Positions 30,160 to 39,024 of a stretch of DNA of 64,000 nt are shown here, piece by piece. This DNA comes from Nitrospinaceae bacterium (GTDB lineage: Bacteria; Nitrospinota; Nitrospinia; Nitrospinales; VA-1): assembly GCA_029261455.1 (NCBI GenBank), contig JAJDBH010000017.1, positions 5,563 through 69,562 of the forward strand, written 5' to 3'. Each line of letters starts with the position of its first letter. Position 1 is the stretch's first letter. The notes below the pieces were generated by a model. The model ran no database searches, had not been told where the DNA came from, and worked only from the letters and a program-made list of their open reading frames with translations. The translations under genes were made by a program, and so were the position numbers.

Positions 30160-30813
30160 GTGAAAATTATCACTCCAATTCTAGCCTTCTACTTTCTGGT
30201 CCTTTTCCCGGCGGTCAATCTTGCTTTTCCCGGCAATCGTTTTATTTATGAATTCTGGCCTATTCTTTATTTTGCATCTGTTCTACTGATCACTCTAGTT
30301 TCGAAACGAGTATCCCTGCAACAATTAGGCTTCAACAACATCGGCAAAATACTGGCAGGAGGCATTCTACTGGGACTTCTGCCTGTCATCAGTGTGCCCT
30401 TAATTGATAGCTTGATAATTAGGGCAGGACTTTCCCAATCCGAATTGTTTGCAGGAGCGGACCTTAGAGTTCCTGCAGAAATTGCATTCAAACCGTCTTT
30501 ATCAGGCAACATTTTAATTGCCATCGTCATAACAGTTTTTGATCAAGTGTTCGTGATAGGCTTGGTTGTTAATCACTTATTAAAAAATCAACCTAATGGT
30601 CAAGCTGTCATTGGCGGGGGTTTGCTATACAGTTTGTTTCACTTCAAACCAAGTATGGGGAATTTATTTCTAGGGATGATATCAACGGGATTGTTACGGG
30701 CTACAGGCTCAATAGTTGTCCCAATACTGGTGCATACAGGTTTTGCCATCGCAAAAGTATTAATCGTCTTTCACTATCCACGACTAATTTCCCTACTGGT
30801 CTTTTTAGTTTGA
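30160..30813 (+). CDS. CPBP (CAAX-protease/Abi)-like membrane protein, degenerate motifs
   Basis: 217 aa and polytopic. LLYSLFHF and ILVHTGFAI resemble CPBP motifs 2 and 3. The EExxxR motif position reads FDQVFVI, so the catalytic Glu pair is absent. GTG start. Confidence 0.45.
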   Translation: MKIITPILAFYFLVLFPAVNLAFPGNRFIYEFWPILYFASVLLITLVSKRVSLQQLGFNNIGKILAGGILLGLLPVISVPLIDSLIIRAGLSQSELFAGADLRVPAEIAFKPSLSGNILIAIVITVFDQVFVIGLVVNHLLKNQPNGQAVIGGGLLYSLFHFKPSMGNLFLGMISTGLLRATGSIVVPILVHTGFAIAKVLIVFHYPRLISLLVFLV

Positions 30814-31749
30814 TCAGGAAGTTTTACGAGTTTTCTTAGAAGCCTTAGCTTGTTGTTTAGCTGCCATCGTCGCCCTTTGTGCAGCTTCCTTGGCGGCTTT
30901 CTTGGCGACCGCTTCTGCTTGCATTTGCTTGAAAGCTAATTCTCGGTTTTTGGGGTCTTCAAAAAATCGGGATACCACAACACCGAACTCATACAAACCA
31001 TAAAGCGGAAATGCCAATAATACTTGAGTAATAATATCGGGTGGGGTTAAAACTGCTGACAGAGCAAATGTTCCGAGAAATGCCCATTTACGGTAAAGCT
31101 TCATCTTGACTGTATTGACCACACCAAACTTGGTCAATAAAATCATGATGAGTGGAGTTTGAAAAGCAAACGCAAAGGCCAGAATCATTTTCACAACAAA
31201 GGAAAAATAAAATCCGATGGTGACCTGCATTTTCCACCATTCCGAGCCGTAATTTAGTAAGAATTTTAATCCCAGAGGTACAACGAGAAAATAACAAAAC
31301 AAGCCACCAAAAAGGAAAAAGGCAGTTCCAAAGGCAACAAATGAGGCGGTGATCTTTTTCTCTTTAACCTTTAATCCAGGAGCTATGAACCCCCAAACAT
31401 GGTACAAAATCCAAGGCATGGAAATGAACACCGACCCCATGAAGGAGACCTTCATGGCGGTAAAAAATGGCTCTGTTGGTGTTATAAAAGTAAGTTCAGC
31501 ATACTTTGCGGGCAACGGGTCTTGCAGCCATAGTAAAAGGAAATCGACGAAATAAAAACAAACACCAAAAAATAACGCTACAACCAAGGTCACTTGTATC
31601 AGCCGGTTTTTAAGCTCAATCAAATGATGAGTAACTGGTATCTTTTCCTTAAAGTTTATTTCTTTAACCACAAATTTCCTCGCTGGAGCCTTTTTGAGCC
31701 CTAATTTAAATAAAAAGTGGGAACCTGGAAAATAGCCATGTTCCCGCAA
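30814..31749 (-). CDS. tatC: twin-arginine translocase subunit TatC
   Basis: 311 aa. HLIELKNRLI start of the TatC core, six TM segments and a Lys/Ala-rich C-terminal tail. TTG start, so the N-terminal extension is uncertain. Confidence 0.9.
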   Translation of the reverse strand: MREHGYFPGSHFLFKLGLKKAPARKFVVKEINFKEKIPVTHHLIELKNRLIQVTLVVALFFGVCFYFVDFLLLWLQDPLPAKYAELTFITPTEPFFTAMKVSFMGSVFISMPWILYHVWGFIAPGLKVKEKKITASFVAFGTAFFLFGGLFCYFLVVPLGLKFLLNYGSEWWKMQVTIGFYFSFVVKMILAFAFAFQTPLIMILLTKFGVVNTVKMKLYRKWAFLGTFALSAVLTPPDIITQVLLAFPLYGLYEFGVVVSRFFEDPKNRELAFKQMQAEAVAKKAAKEAAQRATMAAKQQAKASKKTRKTS

Positions 31750-31997
31750 CTTTTTGTGTTTTCATGAGTTATTTTAATTTGTCATCTTACTCAATTGATA
31801 GAATAATTTCAATAACCTTTCTCAAACAAAATTCTGGGAATTACATTTTGTGTCGGTTTCCCAATTAATATTGATTACAAAGACTAAATAGTGGATAATG
31901 ATCGAAAATTTAGTCACACCCTAAAACTTGTTTTCCCTTTAAATACAAAGGGAAATGGTCTATGGACGGGCAGTACGCCGGATCAATTTTAAATTGA

Positions 31998-32186
31998 ATG
32001 TCCCTTAACAGCAAAAAAGTCACAGGTATCAGAGTTCTCGACATTGCCGAAGAAGGTGCAACGGCGATAGAGACCATGGTGAACAAGGTCATTCAGGAGA
32101 TGCATCAGCAGAAAACCCCGATCATTGATATACAGGTAACTGACACAAACTGTTTTTTAATTCTGGGTGAAAAAAACGCCGACTGA
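31998..32186 (+). CDS. small hypothetical protein
   Basis: 62-aa ORF ending 4 nt before tRNA-Gly. No motif recognised. Confidence 0.3.
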   Translation: MSLNSKKVTGIRVLDIAEEGATAIETMVNKVIQEMHQQKTPIIDIQVTDTNCFLILGEKNAD

Positions 32187-32190
32187 TTGT

Positions 32191-32263
32191 GCGGGAGTAG
32201 CTCAGTTGGTAGAGTGTCAGCTTCCCAAGCTGAATGTCGCGGGTTCGAATCCCGTCTCCCGCT
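32191..32263 (+). tRNA. tRNA-Gly (anticodon CCC)
   Basis: Cloverleaf read by hand. Acceptor GCGGGAG/CTCCCGC, D arm GCTC-AGTTGGTA-GAGT, anticodon stem TCAGC/GCTGA with loop TTCCCAA, T arm GCGGG-TTCGAAT-CCCGT. CCA not encoded. Confidence 0.9.
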
Positions 32264-32296
32264 CTTTAATAAAATTAAAATCGAACTGCCTAAATA

Positions 32297-32578
32297 ATGC
32301 GTATCACTAAAGAATTTACCGAGCTTCTCTCAAAAAGAATTGTCAAATCTCTAATTGATCAAGACCTGGTTATCTGGGAAGAAACTCCTGAAAAATTGCA
32401 AGCAGTCATTAATGCAATCATAACTGATGACCTCATGGTTGAAGATCTGCTCAATGAAGAAGTGAAAACCTTGCTAGAATCCAAAACTCAGGAGTATGAA
32501 AGAGACATGATGGATTACGGGCGGGTGTTCCAGATGGTGAAATCAAAATTAGTCCGTGAGCGTGGACTCATCCTTTAA
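32297..32578 (+). CDS. small helical protein (possibly DUF507-type), paralog 1
   Basis: 93 aa. Weak but colinear similarity to the next ORF (M.I......S..IV......D........I...I..D....D...E). Confidence 0.55.
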   Translation: MRITKEFTELLSKRIVKSLIDQDLVIWEETPEKLQAVINAIITDDLMVEDLLNEEVKTLLESKTQEYERDMMDYGRVFQMVKSKLVRERGLIL

Positions 32579-32593
32579 AGTTCCCCAAAAACT

Positions 32594-32869
32594 ATGAAAA
32601 TCAGCCGAGATAAAATTAATCACATAAGCAGTCTCATCGTCCGCGATTTTGCTAAACGAGATGAACTGGATTATAAAGCCGATCTCAACGACATCCGCTT
32701 GGATATCACTCGAGTGATGACGGATATTCTGCAGCTAGATGATAAAGCAGATACAGAAGCCAGACGGATAATGAATACCTATGCCAACGCACCCCGCGAA
32801 GGTTCCCCCGAATGGGACATTATGTATCACAAACATTTCGAAGAATACATGAACAAACAGGGACAATAG
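32594..32869 (+). CDS. small helical protein (possibly DUF507-type), paralog 2
   Basis: 91 aa. Starts 15 nt after paralog 1, with the same length class and pattern. Confidence 0.55.
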   Translation: MKISRDKINHISSLIVRDFAKRDELDYKADLNDIRLDITRVMTDILQLDDKADTEARRIMNTYANAPREGSPEWDIMYHKHFEEYMNKQGQ

Positions 32870-33067
32870 AGCCACAAGTTATTTATATCAAACCTCTTCA
32901 CGCCGGCACTCCCCCCCCCAATTCTAAGCTATGCCTATTGACCAGTGGGAAGGCTATATCTGATCTCTCGACCATTTATCAACAGTCGGAATCACTTGAC
33001 TCGGCAACATTCTTACCATTATTCATATATTTCCCTGCTACAAACACCCTAACTAAAAATTATACAA

Positions 33068-34090
33068 ATGAAATTTAAAAATATCTGTTACACCTCTTTA
33101 TTTGTGTTTTGCTTTTTACTTTTTGCCCCAAAGCATGGTTATTCAGATGAAATTTACTTGAAAAATATGGACAAAATTTCAGGAAAAGTTCTGACCCTGT
33201 CAAAAGGCATTTTGAAAATTTCCACTCCCTATTCAAAAAGTATTGAACTGGATAAGTCTCAGGTTAAATCACTAAGAACCAATCATTCAGTTCGTGTGCA
33301 ACTTGAGAATGGGTGGTCGGTTAAAGGAAAACTGAACCCAACCAAAGATGGTCTTTATTCAATCAAAGGGGCAAATTCTTCCAGAAGAGCTATTATTCCG
33401 TTTGAAGAAATAATTTCAATCAATGCACCCAAAGTAAAACCAAAAATCTGGAAGGGTAAAGTTTATGCTGGTGGTTCTCATCAGACAGGGAACACGGACA
33501 GGTTAACTATTTCTTTTGGCGGTGAGGGCAAACTAAAACTCGACACAGAAAGGTTTGAGGTCAAGTTTCGTACTATTTACACAGAAGAAGACGATAAAAT
33601 CACTTCCAGAAACACTTTTGGACGAGGACAGTATAATCATTTCTTTAACGACAAATGGTATGGACTATTATCGCTCGAAGCACTCAAGGACAAATTCAAA
33701 AACCTCAATTTACGTTTGGCAATTGGGCCGGGGGTTGGCTATGTTGTTTGGGATGATCAGGTAAAGAATTTGAGTTTAGAGGCTGGGCTTACTTATTTTT
33801 CTGAGGATTTAAAAACCGGTGTTGACACTCAATTCATGACAGGTAGATTTGCTGGAATATTCGACTTTCAATTTTCAGAAATTTTAAGTTTTAACAATAA
33901 AACCATTTTGTTCCCCAGTCTTGAAAATGTAGGAGACTATAAGCTTCGCAATGAAGCGGAGTTGAATACCCGTTTAGCTGAGGCATGGGCTTTAAACCTA
34001 TCTCATATTCTCGATTATGACAACGCCGCACCTGTGGATGTAAAAGCCACCGACTCAATTTTCATCCTAGCCTTGCAATACGACTTCTGA
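33068..34090 (+). CDS. outer-membrane beta-barrel protein (DUF481/YdiY-like)
   Basis: 340 aa with a signal peptide. Alternating beta-strand pattern and a C-terminal ...LALQYDF terminal aromatic typical of OMPs. Confidence 0.65.
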   Translation: MKFKNICYTSLFVFCFLLFAPKHGYSDEIYLKNMDKISGKVLTLSKGILKISTPYSKSIELDKSQVKSLRTNHSVRVQLENGWSVKGKLNPTKDGLYSIKGANSSRRAIIPFEEIISINAPKVKPKIWKGKVYAGGSHQTGNTDRLTISFGGEGKLKLDTERFEVKFRTIYTEEDDKITSRNTFGRGQYNHFFNDKWYGLLSLEALKDKFKNLNLRLAIGPGVGYVVWDDQVKNLSLEAGLTYFSEDLKTGVDTQFMTGRFAGIFDFQFSEILSFNNKTILFPSLENVGDYKLRNEAELNTRLAEAWALNLSHILDYDNAAPVDVKATDSIFILALQYDF

Positions 34091-34180
34091 GTTGAGCTAA
34101 ATAATATTTAAATCGGGCACCGTATATCACAAGCACTTTGAAGAACACACGAACAAACAGTGGTTATAATCTTCCCAAAC

Positions 34181-34588
34181 CTATTGGGTCTCTAACTTAT
34201 CCGTAGCAAAAATGAAATCTTCAACCCCAGCCGCTCGAATTTGTTCTATTAAACTGCCAAACAACTCAAATTGAATATTTTTGTCTCCGTGTATCTCGAC
34301 CGCTTTAATTTTAGTTTGAGCTAAAACCTGTTCCACTTGGCTTTGAAGCTCATCACGTCCAACAACTATTCCATTAAGCTCAAGCGATCCTGCACGAGAA
34401 ATTTTAATCACAATATTTTTTCCGGGAATTTTACTTGCAGAAAGTGCTTTGGGGAGTTCTGCCTGCAAAGCACCGCTCATCGAACTTGAGGTCAGCATAA
34501 AGAAAATCAGCAATAGAAAAACAATATTGATCAGTGGAACTAAGTCCATCTCAATATTTCTCTTTTGATTTCCTTTAATTTTGATCAT
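34181..34588 (-). CDS. exbD: biopolymer transport protein ExbD/TolR
   Basis: 135 aa. N-terminal MDLVPLINIVFLLLIFFM, typical of ExbD. Confidence 0.85.
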   Translation of the reverse strand: MIKIKGNQKRNIEMDLVPLINIVFLLLIFFMLTSSSMSGALQAELPKALSASKIPGKNIVIKISRAGSLELNGIVVGRDELQSQVEQVLAQTKIKAVEIHGDKNIQFELFGSLIEQIRAAGVEDFIFATDKLETQ

Positions 34589-34611
34589 AGCTATCCACGT
34601 TAAAACAATAA

Positions 34612-35001
34612 CTACAATACCAGTGAAAAGTCACTGGCACCAGCTTGACGCGCCATATCAAAAACCTGAACAAAAATATCGTACAAGGCTTTATCATCAG
34701 TGTGCACAACTACGGCTTTATTGTTTCTACGGTTAATCTCTGACTGCAAAATTGGCATGAGACTTTTCAAATTGGTTGATAGATCACCCACTTGAATATC
34801 ATCAGCCTGATTAATCCTGATAACCAATGGCATTTCTTCAAGGATATTGGGTGAAGTTTCATTTGGCAACTTCACATCCAGACCTTGCGCAGGAATAGCA
34901 AAGGTAAGCATATAAAATATCAGCAGAAGAAAGACCACATCGATCAAGGGAGCAAGATCTGGTTTGAAGCGTTTAGGATTGCCTTTGGTAATATTCAACA
35001 T
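34612..35001 (-). CDS. exbD: biopolymer transport protein ExbD/TolR (second copy)
   Basis: PDLAPLIDVVFLLLIFYM motif. I trimmed the start to Met30 of the track ORF (MLNITKG, 35001), which removes the overlap with exbB. Confidence 0.85.
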   Translation of the reverse strand: MLNITKGNPKRFKPDLAPLIDVVFLLLIFYMLTFAIPAQGLDVKLPNETSPNILEEMPLVIRINQADDIQVGDLSTNLKSLMPILQSEINRRNNKAVVVHTDDKALYDIFVQVFDMARQAGASDFSLVL

Positions 35002-35008
35002 AGCGAGA

Positions 35009-35659
35009 TCAGGAAGACTTTTGATCAGTCGGGTAAAACTTAATATCCATAGAATAAATAAACTGTTGGCCATATTTATTGAGGGCAAAAGCTAGCTTCT
35101 CTTTCTTCCGGTCAAAATAATGCAACATGATTACAGTCGGAATGGCTACAGACAATCCAGCTGCGGTTGTTAACAAAGCCTCCCATATACCACCCGCCAA
35201 AAGGCTCGGGTCCACCTGCCCCTCAAATTCGGCGACTTTATTAAAAGCCTGCACCATTCCAATAACGGTACCCAACAGACCCATTAAGGGAGAAATCGTA
35301 GCAATGACCTCAAGACCACGCATATTTGTTTCCAAAGAATTTACTTCTTCCTGACCTGCGAGCGTTAGTTTTTCTTCCAGCTTCCAACGAGGAATATCTT
35401 TTTCCCCGAGCCCAGCTTCAATAATGCGCCCTAAGGGGTTGGGGAATTTTTGACACTGATCCAATACTTTGTCAGCATGACCTTCTTTTATCAAATTAAG
35501 GACAGGATTAAAAAAACCATCAATATCCACAATATATTTTTTAAAAAAAATTATGCGTTCAATAACGATCGCAAGGGCAATGACCGAGCAAAGAAAAATG
35601 GGGAGCATTATTATCCCACCCTTGGAAATCAACCCGACCAAATCATTAATCACATCCAT
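35009..35659 (-). CDS. exbB: MotA/TolQ/ExbB proton-channel protein
   Basis: 216 aa with three TM segments. SPLMGLLGTVIGMV..F motif. Confidence 0.9.
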   Translation of the reverse strand: MDVINDLVGLISKGGIIMLPIFLCSVIALAIVIERIIFFKKYIVDIDGFFNPVLNLIKEGHADKVLDQCQKFPNPLGRIIEAGLGEKDIPRWKLEEKLTLAGQEEVNSLETNMRGLEVIATISPLMGLLGTVIGMVQAFNKVAEFEGQVDPSLLAGGIWEALLTTAAGLSVAIPTVIMLHYFDRKKEKLAFALNKYGQQFIYSMDIKFYPTDQKSS

Positions 35660-35705
35660 TAAAAACCCTTTCTTATAAAGTTACTAAACAAAGAGACTCA
35701 GAGCT

Positions 35706-36452
35706 TCATTGTTCCTGAACCATATCTGGTTTTCCGTCGAAGTTTCTGTCCATCTCAATTCGAGTCAATTTTCCGGATGAATTAAAAATCTCCCAACGAT
35801 CTGCCTTACCATCAAAATTGGTATCATTCTCGATTTTTACTAAAACATTGAGTCCTTTGAAAAACTGCCATTGATCAGGTATCTGATCAGAGTTCGTATC
35901 AAATCCTACCCTCTCTATTTTTTCACTAACGAAATAATCCCAACGGTCAGTAGTGCCATTAAAGTCGGTATCGTAGTCGGTCTGCTTTATCTTTTGATTG
36001 CTATCAAAGTATTGCCAGATATCTACCTTCCCGTCACCATTTTCATCGATTTCGACACGCTCAATCTTTTCATTATCATCAAATTTTTCTTTCCAATCAA
36101 ACTTGCCGGTATTTTTACTATCCTTTTCGATTTTCTCCAGTTTACCCTGATCAGAGTAATGCTGAATTTGATCCATTTTTCCATTCTTGTCGACATCAAA
36201 TTCTGCCTTGACTAAAACTTTATCACCCACGAAATGTTCAACCTGGTCAATAATGCCATCGAAGTTGGTGTCGTGTTCAATCTTAGAAATCATTCCATCA
36301 GTGGTGGTATGTCTCCATTGATCCATCTTGCCATCAAAGTTAGAGTCAATTTTTGCAACCTCTGCAAAAACCACAGAGCTGCTCAACGCGTTCAATATAA
36401 AAAAACATATTGAAATCAATCTTAATGAATTAAAAAAAATATTTTTTGTCAT
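35706..36452 (-). CDS. secreted repeat protein with about 10 DxNxDGKxD (EF-hand/calcium-loop-like) repeats
   Basis: 248 aa with a signal peptide. Reiterated ~23-24-aa units such as DSNFDGKMDQWRH, DTNFDGIIDQVEHF, DENGDGKVDIWQYF, DTNFDGKADRWEIF and DRNFDGKPD. Confidence 0.6.
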   Translation of the reverse strand: MTKNIFFNSLRLISICFFILNALSSSVVFAEVAKIDSNFDGKMDQWRHTTTDGMISKIEHDTNFDGIIDQVEHFVGDKVLVKAEFDVDKNGKMDQIQHYSDQGKLEKIEKDSKNTGKFDWKEKFDDNEKIERVEIDENGDGKVDIWQYFDSNQKIKQTDYDTDFNGTTDRWDYFVSEKIERVGFDTNSDQIPDQWQFFKGLNVLVKIENDTNFDGKADRWEIFNSSGKLTRIEMDRNFDGKPDMVQEQ

Positions 36453-36455
36453 GGT

Positions 36456-37457
36456 TTATCTCAAAATAAATGAAACGGGAAGTTTTAATGATACATATTG
36501 TTTGTTTAGTTTTTCCGGGATTGGCGGAAATGGTCCAGCATTTTTAACCGCATTTCGAGCCGCTTCATCAAGCATTTTATAACCGGAGGAATTTTCTACT
36601 AAAAGCTTAAGCACGTCGCCTTTCTTTCCTAGTCTAAATGACAGATTAATTTTACCTTGTTGTCCTTTATCGCGAGCCTTTGGGGGATAAACCTTAGCAA
36701 GAGCGATCATCTGCCTCACTGTGGTGGTGTAGCCAACCCAGAGCTCATTCAATTCCTCATTCGAAATTTCGTCCTGTTTATCAAGAGACAATGCGGCTAC
36801 ATTTCTTATCTGTGGATTAAAAGAATTATTAATGACACCATGAGTGTTAACTAGTGCTGAATATCCAACAGATCCTCGATTGAGTTTATGTACTTTATCC
36901 ACTCGAGTTCTGGGTTGAAATGCTTTGCGATCAAACGCTGCATGAACACCTGATGAGGTTAACCTTGAAGTTCGCGGATTCCCCAACCCCAATTTTTTTG
37001 TTGGAGTAGTATTGATTTTTGCAAAAACGTTTACCCGTGCATTTTTTGCCACAAACCTGCCAGCCTGAGTTATACCGACAGGAGAAGGAATCGTCTGATG
37101 ATATCTTGGTGCTTTATTTATTACTGGATCAACCGTTGGCTTGTTGGACTGTATGGAAGCACTTTTAATTTGGCTTATCGGTTTATTCATCATTGTAACA
37201 ACTGGTTTTGAAAGAATCGGTTTCTTGCGTAGAACCGCTCTTTTTGGTACAACTATTTTTTGAGACACCCGAACAACTTCCGGTTTCTTGACTACTTCCA
37301 GTCGAATCTTTTCATATTTCTTTTCCTGAACCATTGGCTTGTCAAACAATCCAAAAGGTTGTGTTGCAAAGAATATAGAATGCGCGACAATAGAGATAAA
37401 AGCTGCATGGCTCAAATCAAAAGAGTGCTTAAAATATTTTGAAACAAGATTTTTCAT
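36456..37457 (-). CDS. tonB: TonB-family energy transducer
   Basis: 333 aa. N-terminal TM anchor, long Pro/Lys/Val-rich spacer and a C-terminal TonB domain (YPPKARDKGQQGKINLSF.L...G.V....V..SSGYKMLDEAA..AV). Confidence 0.8.
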   Translation of the reverse strand: MKNLVSKYFKHSFDLSHAAFISIVAHSIFFATQPFGLFDKPMVQEKKYEKIRLEVVKKPEVVRVSQKIVVPKRAVLRKKPILSKPVVTMMNKPISQIKSASIQSNKPTVDPVINKAPRYHQTIPSPVGITQAGRFVAKNARVNVFAKINTTPTKKLGLGNPRTSRLTSSGVHAAFDRKAFQPRTRVDKVHKLNRGSVGYSALVNTHGVINNSFNPQIRNVAALSLDKQDEISNEELNELWVGYTTTVRQMIALAKVYPPKARDKGQQGKINLSFRLGKKGDVLKLLVENSSGYKMLDEAARNAVKNAGPFPPIPEKLNKQYVSLKLPVSFILR

Positions 37458-37475
37458 AAACTGTTCGACGTTAAA

Positions 37476-38750
37476 TTATGACTGAATCCGCCCACGGCAA
37501 AGCATTACCTGCGGACCTTCTTCACCAAACTCAGTCCACATGGCATACACACGACCACCATTACCTTTGAACAAATATGGATAAGCTACACCACCCCCTG
37601 TGGACGGAAGCGGCAAAGGGTTTGAAACCTCTACCCTCTCATTGATCTTAACCAGCCAGGCTGTCTCCCGGCTCCATCCCCCAGCCTGTTTCGGATCTCG
37701 ACCTTGAAAAATGACCCATGCTTCTTTTCCAATTACTGTTATATCGGGATGATTGGCATCCAGAATTGCACCTTGCAGATTCTTTGCTTCTTCGAATGAT
37801 TTTCCATTATCCGAAGAATAGGAATATTTTAAACTGGCCTTGTCATCTTTCCCGGTGTACCAGGTGATGAATAGTTTTCCACCTGTATACTTCATAGCAG
37901 GACCAGAATGAGCGCAGCCATTAATCTTCCAGCCTTTCTTTGACACTTTCACCGGTTTGCTCCATGTCTTGCCTCCATCCAGTGAAGTGGCGACGACAAT
38001 AATCCTCTCGCTTTCATCATAAATATGGCGCCATGAAGCGAATATTTCACCATTATCCCCAAAAGCCAGTGCAGTGCGACAGCACGGACATATGTCTCCA
38101 GAAATTTTTATATTTTTTTCGAAGGATTTACCCTGATCGACAGAACGGGCAATATAGACAGAAGAGGTTCCGGGTTTTCCGGACTTTCTATCGCGTCCAT
38201 CCAACCAAATAACATAGATAGTGCCATCGGGAGCCACCTCCATAGTGAAAAATGATTGCGATGCTTTCCCTTCATCATCATTAACTCGAATAGCCGTACT
38301 AAAACTTTTACCAAAGTTCATGGAACGGGCGAATTTGATATCTCGTTTTCCCACCCAGGCGGCAAACATACCTCTGCCCTTTCCATTTCTTAACTTAGGA
38401 CCGTTTTCTCCATGAGCACTGACTTCGCCCTCTTCCGAGTTCACTGTTATCGACCCGGAAAAACTGTCACCAATATTCTTTGTTTTGGCCATGAACAAGT
38501 TCTGTTTACCCTTGTTATTGTGTGCTACATAAAGCAGGTTCATGGACTCAGAAGTTCGGATCAATAATTGACCGTCATTTCCTTTAGCAACAGGTCGTGG
38601 CACTGGTTCCCAAACAATTTCAGAACTACTCTCCTCGGTCTTAGCACTATCACTCAATTTATCTGGAACAACATCCAGCCCAGGTCCAGCACATGAAGTA
38701 AGAAATATAAAACCTGCAAATATAAATTTAATCCACTTTTGACTTCGCAT
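37476..38750 (-). CDS. BNR/Asp-box repeat beta-propeller lipoprotein (sialidase-fold-like)
   Basis: 424 aa. Lipobox LTSCAG. Repeated Asp-box variants SMNFGKSF, SVDQGKSF, SLDGGKTWS and SSDNGKSF. Confidence 0.75.
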   Translation of the reverse strand: MRSQKWIKFIFAGFIFLTSCAGPGLDVVPDKLSDSAKTEESSSEIVWEPVPRPVAKGNDGQLLIRTSESMNLLYVAHNNKGKQNLFMAKTKNIGDSFSGSITVNSEEGEVSAHGENGPKLRNGKGRGMFAAWVGKRDIKFARSMNFGKSFSTAIRVNDDEGKASQSFFTMEVAPDGTIYVIWLDGRDRKSGKPGTSSVYIARSVDQGKSFEKNIKISGDICPCCRTALAFGDNGEIFASWRHIYDESERIIVVATSLDGGKTWSKPVKVSKKGWKINGCAHSGPAMKYTGGKLFITWYTGKDDKASLKYSYSSDNGKSFEEAKNLQGAILDANHPDITVIGKEAWVIFQGRDPKQAGGWSRETAWLVKINERVEVSNPLPLPSTGGGVAYPYLFKGNGGRVYAMWTEFGEEGPQVMLCRGRIQS

Positions 38751-38795
38751 GAAACTTGTCTCCGGTCTTTTCAGACAACGGTGTTAGTAAATTTT

Positions 38796-38836
38796 AGGAA
38801 AGGAAACGCTCCGGATCACAGGTCATTGTGATCCGG
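38796..38836 (-). terminator. candidate attenuator/terminator hairpin inside the receptor-to-propeller spacer
   Basis: Perfect 10-bp stem CCGGATCACA-(6 nt)-TGTGATCCGG. On the minus strand it is followed by agcgTTTccTTTcc. Confidence 0.35.
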
Positions 38837-38880
38837 GCGTTAACCATTCCTATCGTGTCCGCTTAGGAGGATACAGACAC

Positions 38881-38912
38881 GATAAACAAGAAGCCCCTGA
38901 CCAACCTCAGGG
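38881..38912 (-). terminator. candidate intrinsic terminator downstream of the TonB-dependent receptor
   Basis: Minus strand: CCCTGA-ggttgg-TCAGGG followed by gcTTcTTgTTTaT, about 115 nt after the receptor stop. Confidence 0.4.
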
Positions 38913-39024
38913 ATCTTCCCGCGGTGCAGCGTATTGAGAAGTAGTTAGTCATTACTTATACTTCTCAGTACCACTTACGAACTACAAGGCAGAAACAACC
39001 TGCCCGTTTAAAGGATTAAACTCC

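Noticed and set aside
35009-35088. An apparent 80-nt overlap between the exbB gene and the upstream-extended exbD ORF.
   Set aside because: The extension (MPSINMANSLFILWILSF...) has no ExbD counterpart. Starting at Met30 (35001) gives the canonical ExbD N-terminus and a 7-nt intergenic gap.
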